From: an uncultured Chloroflexia bacterium
Lineage (GTDB): Bacteria; Chloroflexota; Chloroflexia; QHBQ01; JADMIH01
Direction: 5' to 3'
DNA length: 64,000 nt
NCBI GenBank assembly: GCA_963797095.1
Contig: CAWCNY010000006.1
Span: 996,374 to 1,060,373, forward strand
Shown here: positions 29,102 to 39,287 of the stretch, in pieces
How the letters are laid out: every line of letters begins with the position of its first letter
Numbering within the stretch: position 1 is the first letter of the stretch
Notes under the pieces: model-generated
What the model saw: only the letters and a program-made list of their open reading frames with translations
Database searches by the model: none
What the model was told of the DNA's origin: nothing
Position numbers and translations under genes: made by a program

Positions 29102-29130
29102 ATTATATCAAAAGAGTTGAGGTTTGTCAA
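29102..29130 (-). promoter_or_regulatory. Consensus sigma70 promoter for rpoBC
   Basis: TTGACA (29130-29125)-17 bp-TATAAT (29107-29102); implies ~290-nt leader. Confidence 0.8.
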
Positions 29131-29162
29131 GGGGGTTTTTGCTGGTGGGTGCGTGTCATAAA

Positions 29163-30644
29163 TTAGGCAGCTTTTGTGAGCGAGCGAGTCTTGGGCCAGC
29201 CTTGCTTCCACCGCTCGCTCAGTAACTCGGCTCTCAACGTGAGCACCCCTTGTGCCCCCGGCTTGCTCCACTCCATACCTGCCCCCTTCAACCGTGCCCC
29301 GATCAACTGCTTGCAGGCACTTTCCACTGTGCCACTTCCAATCGGATAACCCATCGCTCTGTACTCGCAGTAGCACATCCTCTGTTTGTTCGTCTCAAAG
29401 TAGTGTATCTCGCTTCGTGCTGCTTCTCCTGCTTCTCCTGCCTCTCCTTCACGCCTGCTCTCTCTGTGCAGAGCAACAATAACTGCTTCTACTCGCCCCT
29501 CCCATAGTTCATGTTCCCATTGCTTCACCCACCTTACCGCTTCGGCTGTGCCTTGCCCGAAAATGCCGTTACCTGCTGCCCACAGGTGCTCCATTGCATG
29601 GTACCAATCCAACACCTCTTCTCTGTTGGAGAAGTGCAATTCGAACTGGGTCCAGTTGCCACTTGCCCCATCTCCCAGACATACCACCCTCTCATCCACT
29701 CCCACCCCTCGCCTTGCAGCCTCCGCTCCCAATCGAAGCCCAGCCTCCTCCATCGAGCCAACCACTCCTATGTAGCTCTGACTCCCCTCCTCTGCCCCCG
29801 CTCCATCTATCTCCCCTGCCTCGTTGCGGACAGGCTGCGCCCGAAACACCACTCCCGCCTTGGTCTTGGTGTCGTGCCACCCATCATCGTATCGCACCCT
29901 GCCACCGTCCAATGTTACTGCCCACACTCCATCCGAACCTGAACCTGAACCTGAACCTGAACCTGAACCTGAACCTGAACCTGAACCTGAACCTGAACCT
30001 GAACCTGAACCTGAACCTGAACCTGAACCTGAACCTGCCTCGCCTCTTAGCAGGAGTTAATCTTCTGCTTGCAGGTGCTCCTCCAATGCAAGACCCCGCT
30101 CCTCCGTTATGCGTTGTGCTTGTTTTGGAGAGACATGGATGTTTGAGAGCATCTCCAAAGCATGGGAAACTCGCTGGAAGGGCATCTGCACTCCCAAAAG
30201 GCACACTCCTTGTTGCACCCCGTCCGAGAAGTGCTCTCCCCCTGGTATGCCCAGTGCCTCGTCCAGTGGATAGCGTCCGGTGTCGCACCCCGCGCAGTGG
30301 AAATATCCCCTCTCCAATGTAACCGGACCCACCCACGTCTGAAGGGTGCGCTTTTGCCTGCCTTTGTACCTGGCTGCTCGTCCACAACCACACTCGCAGC
30401 ACTGCTGGCCTAGCAACCAGCTTTCTTCAATGGTGCGTCGGTGCAACTCTGCTGCTGTTTGTAGTGCTGAGGCGAAACACTCTTTGCTCAGTTGGCGTGC
30501 CTGCTCTTCGAGTTGGGCGAAATCTGAGTGTGGATTGCTGTGGGCAAAAGCCCAAAGCTGTTTGACAAGCCCCTCAAACTCCTGCACAATACTTTGGAGC
30601 ACAGGTGACAGGTCGCAAACGACCTGAAGCTTGCTGCTCTGCAT
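29163..30644 (-). pseudogene. ISKra4 transposase with in-frame premature TAA (30057-30059) and (GS)17 expansion
   Basis: Both ORF halves in the same frame; RGYFHCAGC, LGDGA, LDWYHA, IGSGTVESACK. Confidence 0.85.
29935..30036. repeat. Perfect hexanucleotide microsatellite (GAACCT)17
   Basis: 17 exact copies counted. Confidence 0.95.
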
Positions 30645-30743
30645 GATGATACCCTCCAGGATTTCGGCCTCTCATAAGCCGGGATTTTGCACCTGTAGGG
30701 TATCATCTTTTCTATTTGCCTAAAACCTGACACGCACCCTTTG

Positions 30744-32207
30744 CTGGTGATTACCCACATCTCGTAAGGGAATAGCAAAGCTCTGCTCCATGCGGTAAGA
30801 AGGGAGTGTCGAACAACCTTCACAAGCCACAGAGAGGAGGCAGAGCTTTGTGTAACCATATTCTACCTATCGCACAGGTGCTTGCCAAGTTGCCGCAAGC
30901 CGAGTTGGAACAGAGTTTGAGGGAGTTTGTGGCTCCACTGACCGAATTGTTACCAGATCAGAGGCTCAGACGAATAGTGCCAGTAGCGGTGCAGGGCATC
31001 TTGGCAGGGCAAAGCCCAGTGGTGACGGCTATGGCTCAAAGCGTGTCCCGTCAGGAAGCAGACCCTTGGGCACAAGCCAAGCGAGTGTATCGCTTGCTCA
31101 ACAACACTCATTTCAACCACACTCAATTGCTGGACGGGTTGTACCGAGTGGCCCAGCACAACGCGCAAAGAGAGAAACCTCCATATCTGGTGGTAGCAGT
31201 TGATCCGGTGAACTTTGAGAAACCCTACACACAGCAGTTAGAGGGGGTGAGTATTGTGCATAAGAGCACCCCACCCGATTTGCACGGCAAAGCACGCCTA
31301 ACGCATGGATACCCAGCCATTACGGCTACCATGGTCAATACCCAGGTGCCCGCCACCACCTATGCTCAGTGGTTCTCCTACACCACTGAGGACTTTCTCA
31401 GCCAGAACCGAGAGGTGGAGCGAGCCATCAACACTACCCGCCAACTCTTCCCCTCACCTGGCTATCAGGTGCGCTTTGTAGGGGACAGTGGGCTTGATGA
31501 CCAGAAGGTGTTTGCACAGGTTGAGAGAGTGCAAGCCAAGTTCATAATCCGAGCCTGTCACCTAGAGCGGATAGTGCAAGTGTACAATCCTCGCTTGGAC
31601 AGATGGGAGACGCAGAGCTTACAAGACTTGGTAGGCACTATGCCGCATGAAGGGAAGTTTGAGGCCAGCTTCAACCATGCAGGCTACAGTTGGTTCACCA
31701 CAGTCAAAATGGGGTGGCTGCTCATCAGACTGCCTGAAACTGAAGAGCATATATGGGTGTTGGTGGCCGAAGACCAAGATGACAAAGGCAAAGAGCGCAC
31801 ATTAGTGTTGCTCACAAACGTGCCGATACACTCGATGGAAGATGCCCAGCAGGTATACTCGGATTGGCGCTTGAGAGGGCGTATCGAGGCAGGCTACCGT
31901 TTCGACCAAGAGCAAGGTTTAGACGTGGAAGACATGAGAGTACGCACCATTGAGAGGATGCGGCGGCTGTTTGTGCTGGTGCTGTTGGCTGCTCAGTTCG
32001 TCTTCTACTTGATGCGGAGTTGGCCTGCCTCTGCTGTGCGGTGGCTGCGTAAGTTGGGTGGCAAGTTAGGTCTGAGCGCGGACAGGGACGGGCCGTACAT
32101 CGTGCTGAGAGGGTTGGGCGCCGTCTGGCAGGCGGTGGCTGCTCTCACCTGGCTCATTGTCTGTCCATTCCCTCATCAGGAGTTCCTGACATGTGGGTAA
32201 TCACCAG
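30744..32207 (+). mobile_element. IS4-like insertion sequence
   Basis: 17-bp perfect IR CTGGTGATTACCCACAT; 8-bp duplication GGTTTTTG at 29134-29141 and 32208-32215 (left copy displaced by ISKra4). Confidence 0.85.
30806..32200 (+). CDS. DDE transposase (IS4-like), apparently intact
   Basis: VAVDPVNFEK, FVGDSG, LLTN and WRLRGRIEAGYR (YREK-like); stop lies within right IR. Confidence 0.85.
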   Translation: MSNNLHKPQRGGRALCNHILPIAQVLAKLPQAELEQSLREFVAPLTELLPDQRLRRIVPVAVQGILAGQSPVVTAMAQSVSRQEADPWAQAKRVYRLLNNTHFNHTQLLDGLYRVAQHNAQREKPPYLVVAVDPVNFEKPYTQQLEGVSIVHKSTPPDLHGKARLTHGYPAITATMVNTQVPATTYAQWFSYTTEDFLSQNREVERAINTTRQLFPSPGYQVRFVGDSGLDDQKVFAQVERVQAKFIIRACHLERIVQVYNPRLDRWETQSLQDLVGTMPHEGKFEASFNHAGYSWFTTVKMGWLLIRLPETEEHIWVLVAEDQDDKGKERTLVLLTNVPIHSMEDAQQVYSDWRLRGRIEAGYRFDQEQGLDVEDMRVRTIERMRRLFVLVLLAAQFVFYLMRSWPASAVRWLRKLGGKLGLSADRDGPYIVLRGLGAVWQAVAALTWLIVCPFPHQEFLTCG

Positions 32208-32704
32208 GGTTTTTGACATCGGGTGCATTTCAGATAGGGGGCGAGTTGTAGACCAGGTGCCAGCACTGATCGAAGCGTGAACTGAGGATTGCCGTCCGCA
32301 CGGGCAACAGCTTTTCGGCACCTAGGCGGCTCCAGCGCATACCCGCTGCGCGCTTTTCGACTAGTATGGTCGAAACTAGTCGCGACGATCATTCCATACG
32401 CAAAACCTATTGCTGCGCCGAAAGCGGCTGCAATGAGGCTCACGAAGAGCATCGAAAATATAGAAGGTTCGGAGGTAGAGTAGGGCATAATTCACATTAG
32501 CCAAGCATCGATGGGTACGCCACTCATCTTCAATTCAAGCGGATGTCGACGCCGACCTGAACCCATGGCCTGGTACTGCAGCTCACAGGATGCCTTGTGC
32601 GCCTCGCAACGCCGCGCGGTATAGGCCTTGGGAGCGGCGGGGTAACTGTTATGGTTGGGGCTGCTTATAGGTCATAGATAGCAGGATATTTGATGGTGGC
32701 ATAC

Positions 32705-32733
32705 TTGACATGTAGTTTAGTATAGCATAGAAT
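32705..32733 (+). promoter_or_regulatory. Sigma70-type promoter
   Basis: TTGACA-17 bp-TAGAAT upstream of the 32807 ORF. Confidence 0.65.
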
Positions 32734-32806
32734 GCGGTCCGGACGGGCGCTCCGGTGAATATATACACGCTCACAATTTTAAGAGTGATGGACGGAGGTT
32801 GCGAGA

Positions 32807-33076
32807 GTGGTTGATTTGAGGGTGACTTGTGTAAGTAGGGGCGGAGGGATCAAGCGGCACGATGCAATTACACACCTTGGTGGGCCGGGATGGCGTTGGA
32901 CCCAGGAGCAGGTAATGTGGGCTATCAAGACCAAGGAGCATACCTTTCACACGTTTGAGGGAAACAAGAGGGCGGAGGTAGCGGTGGTGGTTGTGCCGGG
33001 CGGCGAGTACCTGCGCACGCACGCGGACGGCGAATGGCGCGACGATCTATTGGAGTTGCCCGACTGTTCGGTTTAG
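32807..33076 (+). CDS. DUF3892-like small protein
   Basis: ITHLGG..W and YLRTHADG..DDLLELP pattern; GGAGG RBS. Confidence 0.75.
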   Translation: MVDLRVTCVSRGGGIKRHDAITHLGGPGWRWTQEQVMWAIKTKEHTFHTFEGNKRAEVAVVVVPGGEYLRTHADGEWRDDLLELPDCSV

Positions 33077-33079
33077 GGG

Positions 33080-33390
33080 TCAGCCCAGGTAGGCCGTCAG
33101 GCCGGTGAGCACGATGCCAACGCCCAGGAGGGAGACTACTATCGCGCTGCCCAGCGGGAGGAAGTGCTGGACGGGCGCGCCAATCGCGCTTACCCTTGTG
33201 ACCAGGGTGCGCGTGCGTACGAGCAATACGCCGACCGCGATGAGCACGGCGGCAAGCCCCAGGCTGAACGCCACGATCAGTCCCAGGCCGAGGGCGATCT
33301 GATTGAGGCTGACCGCCACCAACATGACCCCCAATGCTTCGGGGCATGGCACGATGCCGCCGGAAATGCCGAGCGCGAAATAGGCAGAAG
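33080..33390 (-). pseudogene. C-terminal remnant of RcnA/NicO-type Ni/Co transporter
   Basis: LGISGGIVPCPEAL and FSLGLA motifs; N-terminal part absent. Confidence 0.7.
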
Positions 33391-33822
33391 TCTCATGTTC
33401 GGCGTACCTTACTGGTTGGTGTAGGCTGAGCTATACTCGTATGTGAGATCGCGATAGATGCCATGTATATGTTCGGCTGCGTTGCAGCCCATCCCCTGCG
33501 GCGAGTAGCAAAATAGCTTTCAGCCAGGAATTATTAAGTTGTAGTGGAGACCCGGCAGTATCGCGGTACTACAAGATGGGGAACTTGATAAGTCCCCGTG
33601 GTTCTCTAAACGTTCTACCAAAAGTGTGGCAATATGCTTCAATCGGGTTGAGACAGTTAGAGCACGCAAAGTAACCGATAGCCGGAAATGAAGCGAAGTA
33701 TTGACATGGGTAATCAGGGTCTTTTATACTCAAAACAAATCGAAGAGCAGTAGGCGGTCTATGGGTTATAGGCGTGCCCGTATTTGTACTCTAGCGTAGT
33801 ATGGCGTCGGGGGTGACGAATT

Positions 33823-34218
33823 ATGAAGCGCCTTGTCGAATTTGCGACCGAAGACGGTGGGTCCGTGCTGGTAGAAGTAGACGACGATTTGCGCATGAGT
33901 TCGGGGAGCACGTTGCGCGGTGGGGCGGCCGGTGTGATGATCGAGAAGGCGCGGGTTAGCTACGAGGAGGCACTGGACAAGATAAAGGGGGCCGCCGAGA
34001 CGATAATTACGAAGATGCGGGCTCTGCCTGATTCTCCTGACGAGATCGGCGTGGACTTTGGTATCAAGTTGAGCGCAGATATTGGGGCAATACTGGCTTC
34101 TACATCGGCGGAGGCGCAATTTACACTGCATTTGGTTTGGAAGCGCGAAGAGCCAACCGTAATGGAGGTGGTTTCCAAGCCTCCTGGTGAAGCTTCTTCC
34201 GCATCGGCTGACGACTAG
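33823..34218 (+). CDS. Trypco1-like (CU044_2847-family) protein
   Basis: DGGSVLVEV, PDEIGVDFGIKLSA, AEAQFTLHLVW pattern. Confidence 0.78.
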   Translation: MKRLVEFATEDGGSVLVEVDDDLRMSSGSTLRGGAAGVMIEKARVSYEEALDKIKGAAETIITKMRALPDSPDEIGVDFGIKLSADIGAILASTSAEAQFTLHLVWKREEPTVMEVVSKPPGEASSASADD

Positions 34219-34229
34219 GACGCAGAGGC

Positions 34230-36833
34230 GTGACCATGCCTGATGTTCGTTACCAGAACTTTGACCTGACCATCCAGAGAGATGGTGAGGATTATTCGGT
34301 GCGGGTCAATTCGCCTGCGGGGCAAGCGGTGGGGCGGTTCAGCGTGCCTTTCTCAGAGTTGGAGCTTGAGAACTTCATCTTGACCACCACGCCCGGCAGG
34401 CGAAGCGTGCGCAGGATAGATACTCCCGAGGTGGCTGCTGCCAAGAAGTTCGGGGAGCGTCTGTTTAGCTCCATATTCACAGGTGATGTCGCCGGGCGCT
34501 TCCACAGCGCATTGAATGATGCTTATCGTAGTGACGACCGCCTCAGATTGCGTCTGCGGCTGACCGATGTGCCTGAGTTGGCGGACCTGCCTTGGGAGTA
34601 CCTGTACAATCCCGCACTGAACAGATTTCTGGCCCTGGATGACGACACGGCGGTGGTGCGCTACCTGGAACTGCCTGAGAGGGTGCGGCCAGTGGCTGTG
34701 ACGCTGCCCCTCAAGGTGCTGGTGGCTATCTCGGACCCGAACGACTACCCACAACTGGATGTGGAGCGAGAATGGGCCAATCTCAATGAGGCGCTTGGCG
34801 GTCTGGAACGCGACGGTTATTTGGAGCTGGACCTTCTTGATGGCGCTACGCTCCCTTCTTTGCGGAGGCAATTGTCGGAGGAGGAGTATCACATCTTCCA
34901 CTTCATCGGGCATGGGGGATTCGACAGGCAGTCCGAAGAAGGAGTGGTTGTGCTGAAGGACGAGCAGGGGCGGGGTCGATTTGTGAGCGGGCAGCAAATG
35001 GGCTGGCTGATGCACAACCACAAGACGCTCGCCCTGGCGGTATTGAACGCGTGCGAGGGTGCGCGCGCTGATCGAACGGACGTGTTCGCGGGGACGGCGC
35101 AGAGCCTGGTGCAGCAGGGGATACCGGCTGTGATAGCGATGCAGCGCGAGATCACCGACGACGCGGCCAAGGCGTTCGCCCACGCCTTCTACATGGCGGT
35201 GGTGAGGGGACGCCCCGTGGAAGCGGCGCTGACCGAAACGCGGCTTGCTATCTTCGCGGAGGGGCATGCGTTGGAGTGGGCCACGCCTGTGCTCTATATG
35301 CGCGCTTCTGATGGCAAGGTGTTCGACCTGGATACAATCGTAGTGAGGCGCGCGGAAAAGAGAGAGGATGCGCGGCAGGAGCCTGTAACCGTAGATGAGA
35401 CGAAGGGCCAAGATAAACGGGATGTTTCGGCCAGGCAGCAGGAAGCGACGGTTCGAGAGAAGAAGGAAGAGCGGAGGGACGAGCTGGCTAAGGCGCCCGC
35501 GAAGAATGATTACGTCGCGGACAATAAGCAGCACATGGGCGAGAACCTGGCCCAGAGCGTAGACAAGATGGTGTCGGAGTACCTCGCTGAGACTGGTAAG
35601 GCAACCACGGGGAGGGCTGATGAGCCGCAGAAGCCTGCGCTGTCGAGAAAGTGGTGGGGTTTGACGGCCATCCTGGTGGGTTTGGTGGTGTTGGGGGCGG
35701 CCGGGCTATTGACCGGAATTATTTCGTTCCCTGGTGGACAGGATACGAGCGGTGAGCCTACCGCCGCGGTGGAGACGCCGACCGGTGAGGTGCCTGCTGT
35801 GGTCGATACGGAGGTGCCATCTGCTGAGAAGACAGCAATCGTGACGGAACAATTGATTTTCTCACAGACGCTGCAAGCTCCATCGAACCTACCGGAGGAG
35901 ACAGAGATTGCGGCCCTTCGTTTTTCGAGGGATTCGACATATGTGGCAGCGTGGTACAACCTCGGCAACTACATGGGCCAGTTGGATGTTTGGTCCAGGT
36001 CGTTGATGGCTGCAACCGATACCAGTGGGAACTACCAGCCTCAAGTCGAGTGGCATATCAGCGGCTATGACTGGGGCAAACCTGAGATTGCGTTCTTCCC
36101 GAAGGGGTCCAATATTCAGGATGCACGTGATTTTGCTTTCAGGAATAACGAGCAGGTCCAGATACGAAACGTAGTGGCAAAGGACTCGATCGTGACGATA
36201 GATGTGCCTGAGTTGCTCAGTGTGGACGTATCACCGGACGGCACGTTGCTTGCCACAGGGACAAGCGAGGGCAAGGCGGCATTGTGGTCAGCGGAAACCA
36301 GGCAGCTAGTGGCCGAATTGGACGGGCACAAAGGGGGTGTGGAGAGCGTGGTCTTCTCGCCATCGGGGGCGCTGCTGGCAACCACCGAGTATGGTAAGAC
36401 GCGCGTCTGGGACGGCGCAACAGGCGAGCTTAAGTATGAGCTTGCACACAACCTCGGAGAAGACCCGGCTTCCACAATTGTGGAATTCCCATCTGACAAC
36501 TCGGTGGTGGTTATTTGCTCCGGACGCGCGGAGTGTGGGTTCTGGTATATGAGCGACGGTAGTTTCTCGGATTCGCTTGACAACTCGGTGCTGGACCTGA
36601 GCGGGTTAGGGAACATGCTAGCCATAGGGTTCATGGCGGATAGACCGGTATTCGAGGTGGGATGGGAGAACGGCACCGTGCAACTGTGGGATTCATCCGG
36701 CCTAGCAGAGACATTGCAGGCCGACCCGGTGCAGACAGGGGGTGACCTAAGCGCGATGGCCCTTTCGTCAGACGGGCACGAGGCTGCCGTGGGCCTGAGC
36801 GATGGGCAAATACAGATATGGGAGATACCCTAA
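34230..36833 (+). CDS. CHAT (caspase-like) domain + single TM + WD40 repeat protein
   Basis: LPWEYL, HFIGHG and LNACEG catalytic His/Cys; TM at aa ~478-500; SPDGTLLATG, GHKGGVESVVFS, IQIWE repeats. Confidence 0.88.
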   Translation: MTMPDVRYQNFDLTIQRDGEDYSVRVNSPAGQAVGRFSVPFSELELENFILTTTPGRRSVRRIDTPEVAAAKKFGERLFSSIFTGDVAGRFHSALNDAYRSDDRLRLRLRLTDVPELADLPWEYLYNPALNRFLALDDDTAVVRYLELPERVRPVAVTLPLKVLVAISDPNDYPQLDVEREWANLNEALGGLERDGYLELDLLDGATLPSLRRQLSEEEYHIFHFIGHGGFDRQSEEGVVVLKDEQGRGRFVSGQQMGWLMHNHKTLALAVLNACEGARADRTDVFAGTAQSLVQQGIPAVIAMQREITDDAAKAFAHAFYMAVVRGRPVEAALTETRLAIFAEGHALEWATPVLYMRASDGKVFDLDTIVVRRAEKREDARQEPVTVDETKGQDKRDVSARQQEATVREKKEERRDELAKAPAKNDYVADNKQHMGENLAQSVDKMVSEYLAETGKATTGRADEPQKPALSRKWWGLTAILVGLVVLGAAGLLTGIISFPGGQDTSGEPTAAVETPTGEVPAVVDTEVPSAEKTAIVTEQLIFSQTLQAPSNLPEETEIAALRFSRDSTYVAAWYNLGNYMGQLDVWSRSLMAATDTSGNYQPQVEWHISGYDWGKPEIAFFPKGSNIQDARDFAFRNNEQVQIRNVVAKDSIVTIDVPELLSVDVSPDGTLLATGTSEGKAALWSAETRQLVAELDGHKGGVESVVFSPSGALLATTEYGKTRVWDGATGELKYELAHNLGEDPASTIVEFPSDNSVVVICSGRAECGFWYMSDGSFSDSLDNSVLDLSGLGNMLAIGFMADRPVFEVGWENGTVQLWDSSGLAETLQADPVQTGGDLSAMALSSDGHEAAVGLSDGQIQIWEIP

Positions 36834-36847
36834 ACCAACCTGAGCCC

Positions 36848-37216
36848 TTAGAAGCTCTCAGGCTTCATCATGGCAGCCAGGAAAGCCGGGATCATAGCCA
36901 CCTGTAGCTCCATTGTTGCTTTGCGGTGTGGCGCGTTGTACGTGGGGTCGATGCACTCGCGCCAGAAGGCGAGGTGGTCGAGGTCGAGGGGATGATCAGA
37001 AGTTTCGACGTGCTCGCCGCCCTCGCCCTGTATCGAGAACCAGTAGAGATAGTCTTCTTCGCCCTGGTGCTCGCGGAAGATCATTTCGATGTACATTTGC
37101 TCGCGAGGAAAGGTGGCGAGACATTCGTCCAGGCGGGCATTTAGCATCGCCATCCATTCGTCGACGCGCTCTGCCTTGCCAGGTTTGACGCGATAGCGAT
37201 CAAGCTCGATCTGCAT
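36848..37216 (-). CDS. Conserved hypothetical protein (DUF6176-like)
   Basis: RVKPGK..VDEW, E.MY.E.IF, YLYW, H..FW.ECID pattern. Confidence 0.65.
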   Translation of the reverse strand: MQIELDRYRVKPGKAERVDEWMAMLNARLDECLATFPREQMYIEMIFREHQGEEDYLYWFSIQGEGGEHVETSDHPLDLDHLAFWRECIDPTYNAPHRKATMELQVAMIPAFLAAMMKPESF

Positions 37217-37229
37217 AGGTGTTCCCAGG

Positions 37230-37819
37230 TTAGCGCAGTATGTCGTCTACTGAGAGTTTGCCGTCATTTGGGACTTGAATCAACTCGCCCTTGCCCAGTT
37301 TGGCTCTTTTGTGATAGCTCGTTCCATGTGGTTGCGAGCATTCTTCTATTACCCCTACCTTGAGGTTGACTATCCAGTAAGCAGGTATGCCTGCGGAGGC
37401 ATACAATATGAGTTTGCGCGTGCGATCATGCGATCATAGGTGAGCGATGTATCGGAAACGTCGACCACTAAAAGGGTGTCGGCTGCCGTCGGTGGCGTGC
37501 CTGTCGGGCTGTATTCGTCGTTACGCCATTTTAGCAAAGTTACATCAGGTTGAGGGCGCGACATATCGGGGATGCGGATCGAGTTGTTCTGCGGCCACAC
37601 GTAGCCGTTGTTGCCCACCGCCAGTGTTAGAAGGCGGTTGAGACGGGCGACACACGAAGCGTGTGGGAAGTTGATCGGGGCCATGTCAAATATCTCACCT
37701 TCGATAAGTTCGAGGCGATCTTCGGGTGTGAAGATGCCCGCGTCGATCATCCGCTCGAACTGCTCGATACTGATCTTATGGGGGCGTTCGCCGGGTATCT
37801 GCTTAACCTGTAATGCCAT
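37230..37819 (-). pseudogene. Uma2-family endonuclease frameshifted by an 8-bp duplication
   Basis: RLELIEGEI, PQPDV; removing one ATGATCGC copy (37422-37437) restores YDRTRKLILYASAGIPAYWIVN. Confidence 0.8.
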
Positions 37820-38069
37820 AGCCAAATCCTGTTTGCGCAAGATACGAAACTCTATTTGAGCATATCATAGCATCATGGCGTGATGCTTACAATGTTCAGG
37901 CCCTTATTGTTTCAGGCTGGATGTTTCATCGGCTTAACATTCGAAATAGTATGGCTGTGTATATGATAAACCGAAAGTGTATACCTTGTTGTATACGCCA
38001 TCCCGGAAGAGCCTGTGCCATAATGAACGCAAGGTTGGCGGTATCAAGCTCTATTTTGGGGGAAATACT

Positions 38070-39263
38070 ATGCTATTCCCGATTTCGCAGATGGTGGAGG
38101 GGCGCGAACCGCCTCTTTGTGCAGCGCAGGACCTACAAGTGAGGCAGGCTATGAAGATCATGCTAAAGAATGACTTCAGCCAGCTTCCCGTGGTAGACGC
38201 CGATGGCTACTTCGTGGGGATGATCTCGCAGGCGGTGGTAGCAAATACTTATTTTCTGCTGGATGGGGAGGTGCAGGTGCTCGACCTCACGCTCGATCAT
38301 TGCGTGGAGCAGGTAGACCCATTGACGCCCGACGATGATCTGTTCGAGGCTTGCGACCGGGTGCGGCGTGGGGAGTACGCGGTGGTGGTTGTGCAGGATC
38401 GCAAGCCGGTGGGCATCTTTACGGCCAACGACCTCACTGAGTTTTTTCGTCGCCGCTCTGAGGATTTCCTGAAGATTGAGGATATTGAGATAACGCTACG
38501 CTTGCGCACCCGCGATGCGTTCCCCGACGACGAGGCGATGAACGAGGCGATTATGAACGCGCTGGGGCCTAACCCTGACGATCCCAAGATGGCACGGAAG
38601 GCGTTTACAGATCTGAGCCTGGGAGAGCTTGTGCAGGTGATGATCGCGAGCAATAACTGGCCGAAATTCAACGGGATGTTCGCGCCTATTGGGTTGTTCA
38701 ACTCACTGATGGGCAACATTCGGCAGGTGCGCAACCAATTGGCACACTTTCATGGAAACGCGGACCCGGTACAGAACATGGCGCTGAAGTATGCAAGAGA
38801 TTGGCTGTCGACACGGGCCGCCGCAGCGAGATATTTGAACTCACCCGCCAGGCAGGTGCGCCCTGAACAGGCGGACCTACCCGCGCAGGGTACGATAGAG
38901 GACCCCTGGCGCGCCCTGGAGGATTGGCTGAAAAAGCAAGAGAAGACTCCCGACGGGATCAAGGTGAGCCTGCGCGACCTCGATATGGTTATGGGAGGCA
39001 AACTGCCTAAAGGGGCGAGGAAGTACACCTCCTGGTGGTCTAATACACATCCGGAGAACCCGCAGTGCGCGGCCTGGATCGCGGCAGGCTGGAAGATCGT
39101 TCACCCGAACCTGGTCACCCAGGAGGTCATTCTGATGCCGGTAATGGAGGCGGATGGTAAGAAAGAAGAGCCCGTTGAGGTCGAGGGGTCGCAGGAGAGC
39201 AAGAGCAACAACGGGCATAAGGCAGGAGGCAAGGTTGCTGCTATCCCGGAAACAGACCGGTAA
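38070..39263 (+). CDS. CBS pair + Swt1-like HEPN domain + small C-terminal domain
   Basis: FSQLPVVD..GMIS and PVGIFT CBS motifs; LSLGEL..RNQLAH (RxxxxH); C-terminal LP..A....WWSN..Q..AW..AGW. Confidence 0.78.
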   Translation: MLFPISQMVEGREPPLCAAQDLQVRQAMKIMLKNDFSQLPVVDADGYFVGMISQAVVANTYFLLDGEVQVLDLTLDHCVEQVDPLTPDDDLFEACDRVRRGEYAVVVVQDRKPVGIFTANDLTEFFRRRSEDFLKIEDIEITLRLRTRDAFPDDEAMNEAIMNALGPNPDDPKMARKAFTDLSLGELVQVMIASNNWPKFNGMFAPIGLFNSLMGNIRQVRNQLAHFHGNADPVQNMALKYARDWLSTRAAAARYLNSPARQVRPEQADLPAQGTIEDPWRALEDWLKKQEKTPDGIKVSLRDLDMVMGGKLPKGARKYTSWWSNTHPENPQCAAWIAAGWKIVHPNLVTQEVILMPVMEADGKKEEPVEVEGSQESKSNNGHKAGGKVAAIPETDR

Positions 39264-39287
39264 GATGATGGAGGAGGACGAGTTGTA

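Larger units (their letters stand above)
29147..30739 (-). mobile_element. ISKra4-family insertion sequence
   Basis: Perfect 12-bp IR GGGTGCGTGTCA; 9-bp duplication TTTGCTGGT at 29138-29146 and 30740-30748. Confidence 0.88.

Noticed and set aside
29824-30402. (PE)n, (LN)n and (FR)n repeat ORFs
   Set aside because: Alternative frames of the GAACCT microsatellite; the transposase frame reads (GS)n
32201-32488. 95-aa minus-strand ORF next to the IS
   Set aside because: Runs into the IS end with no recognisable family; possible gene remnant but unsupported
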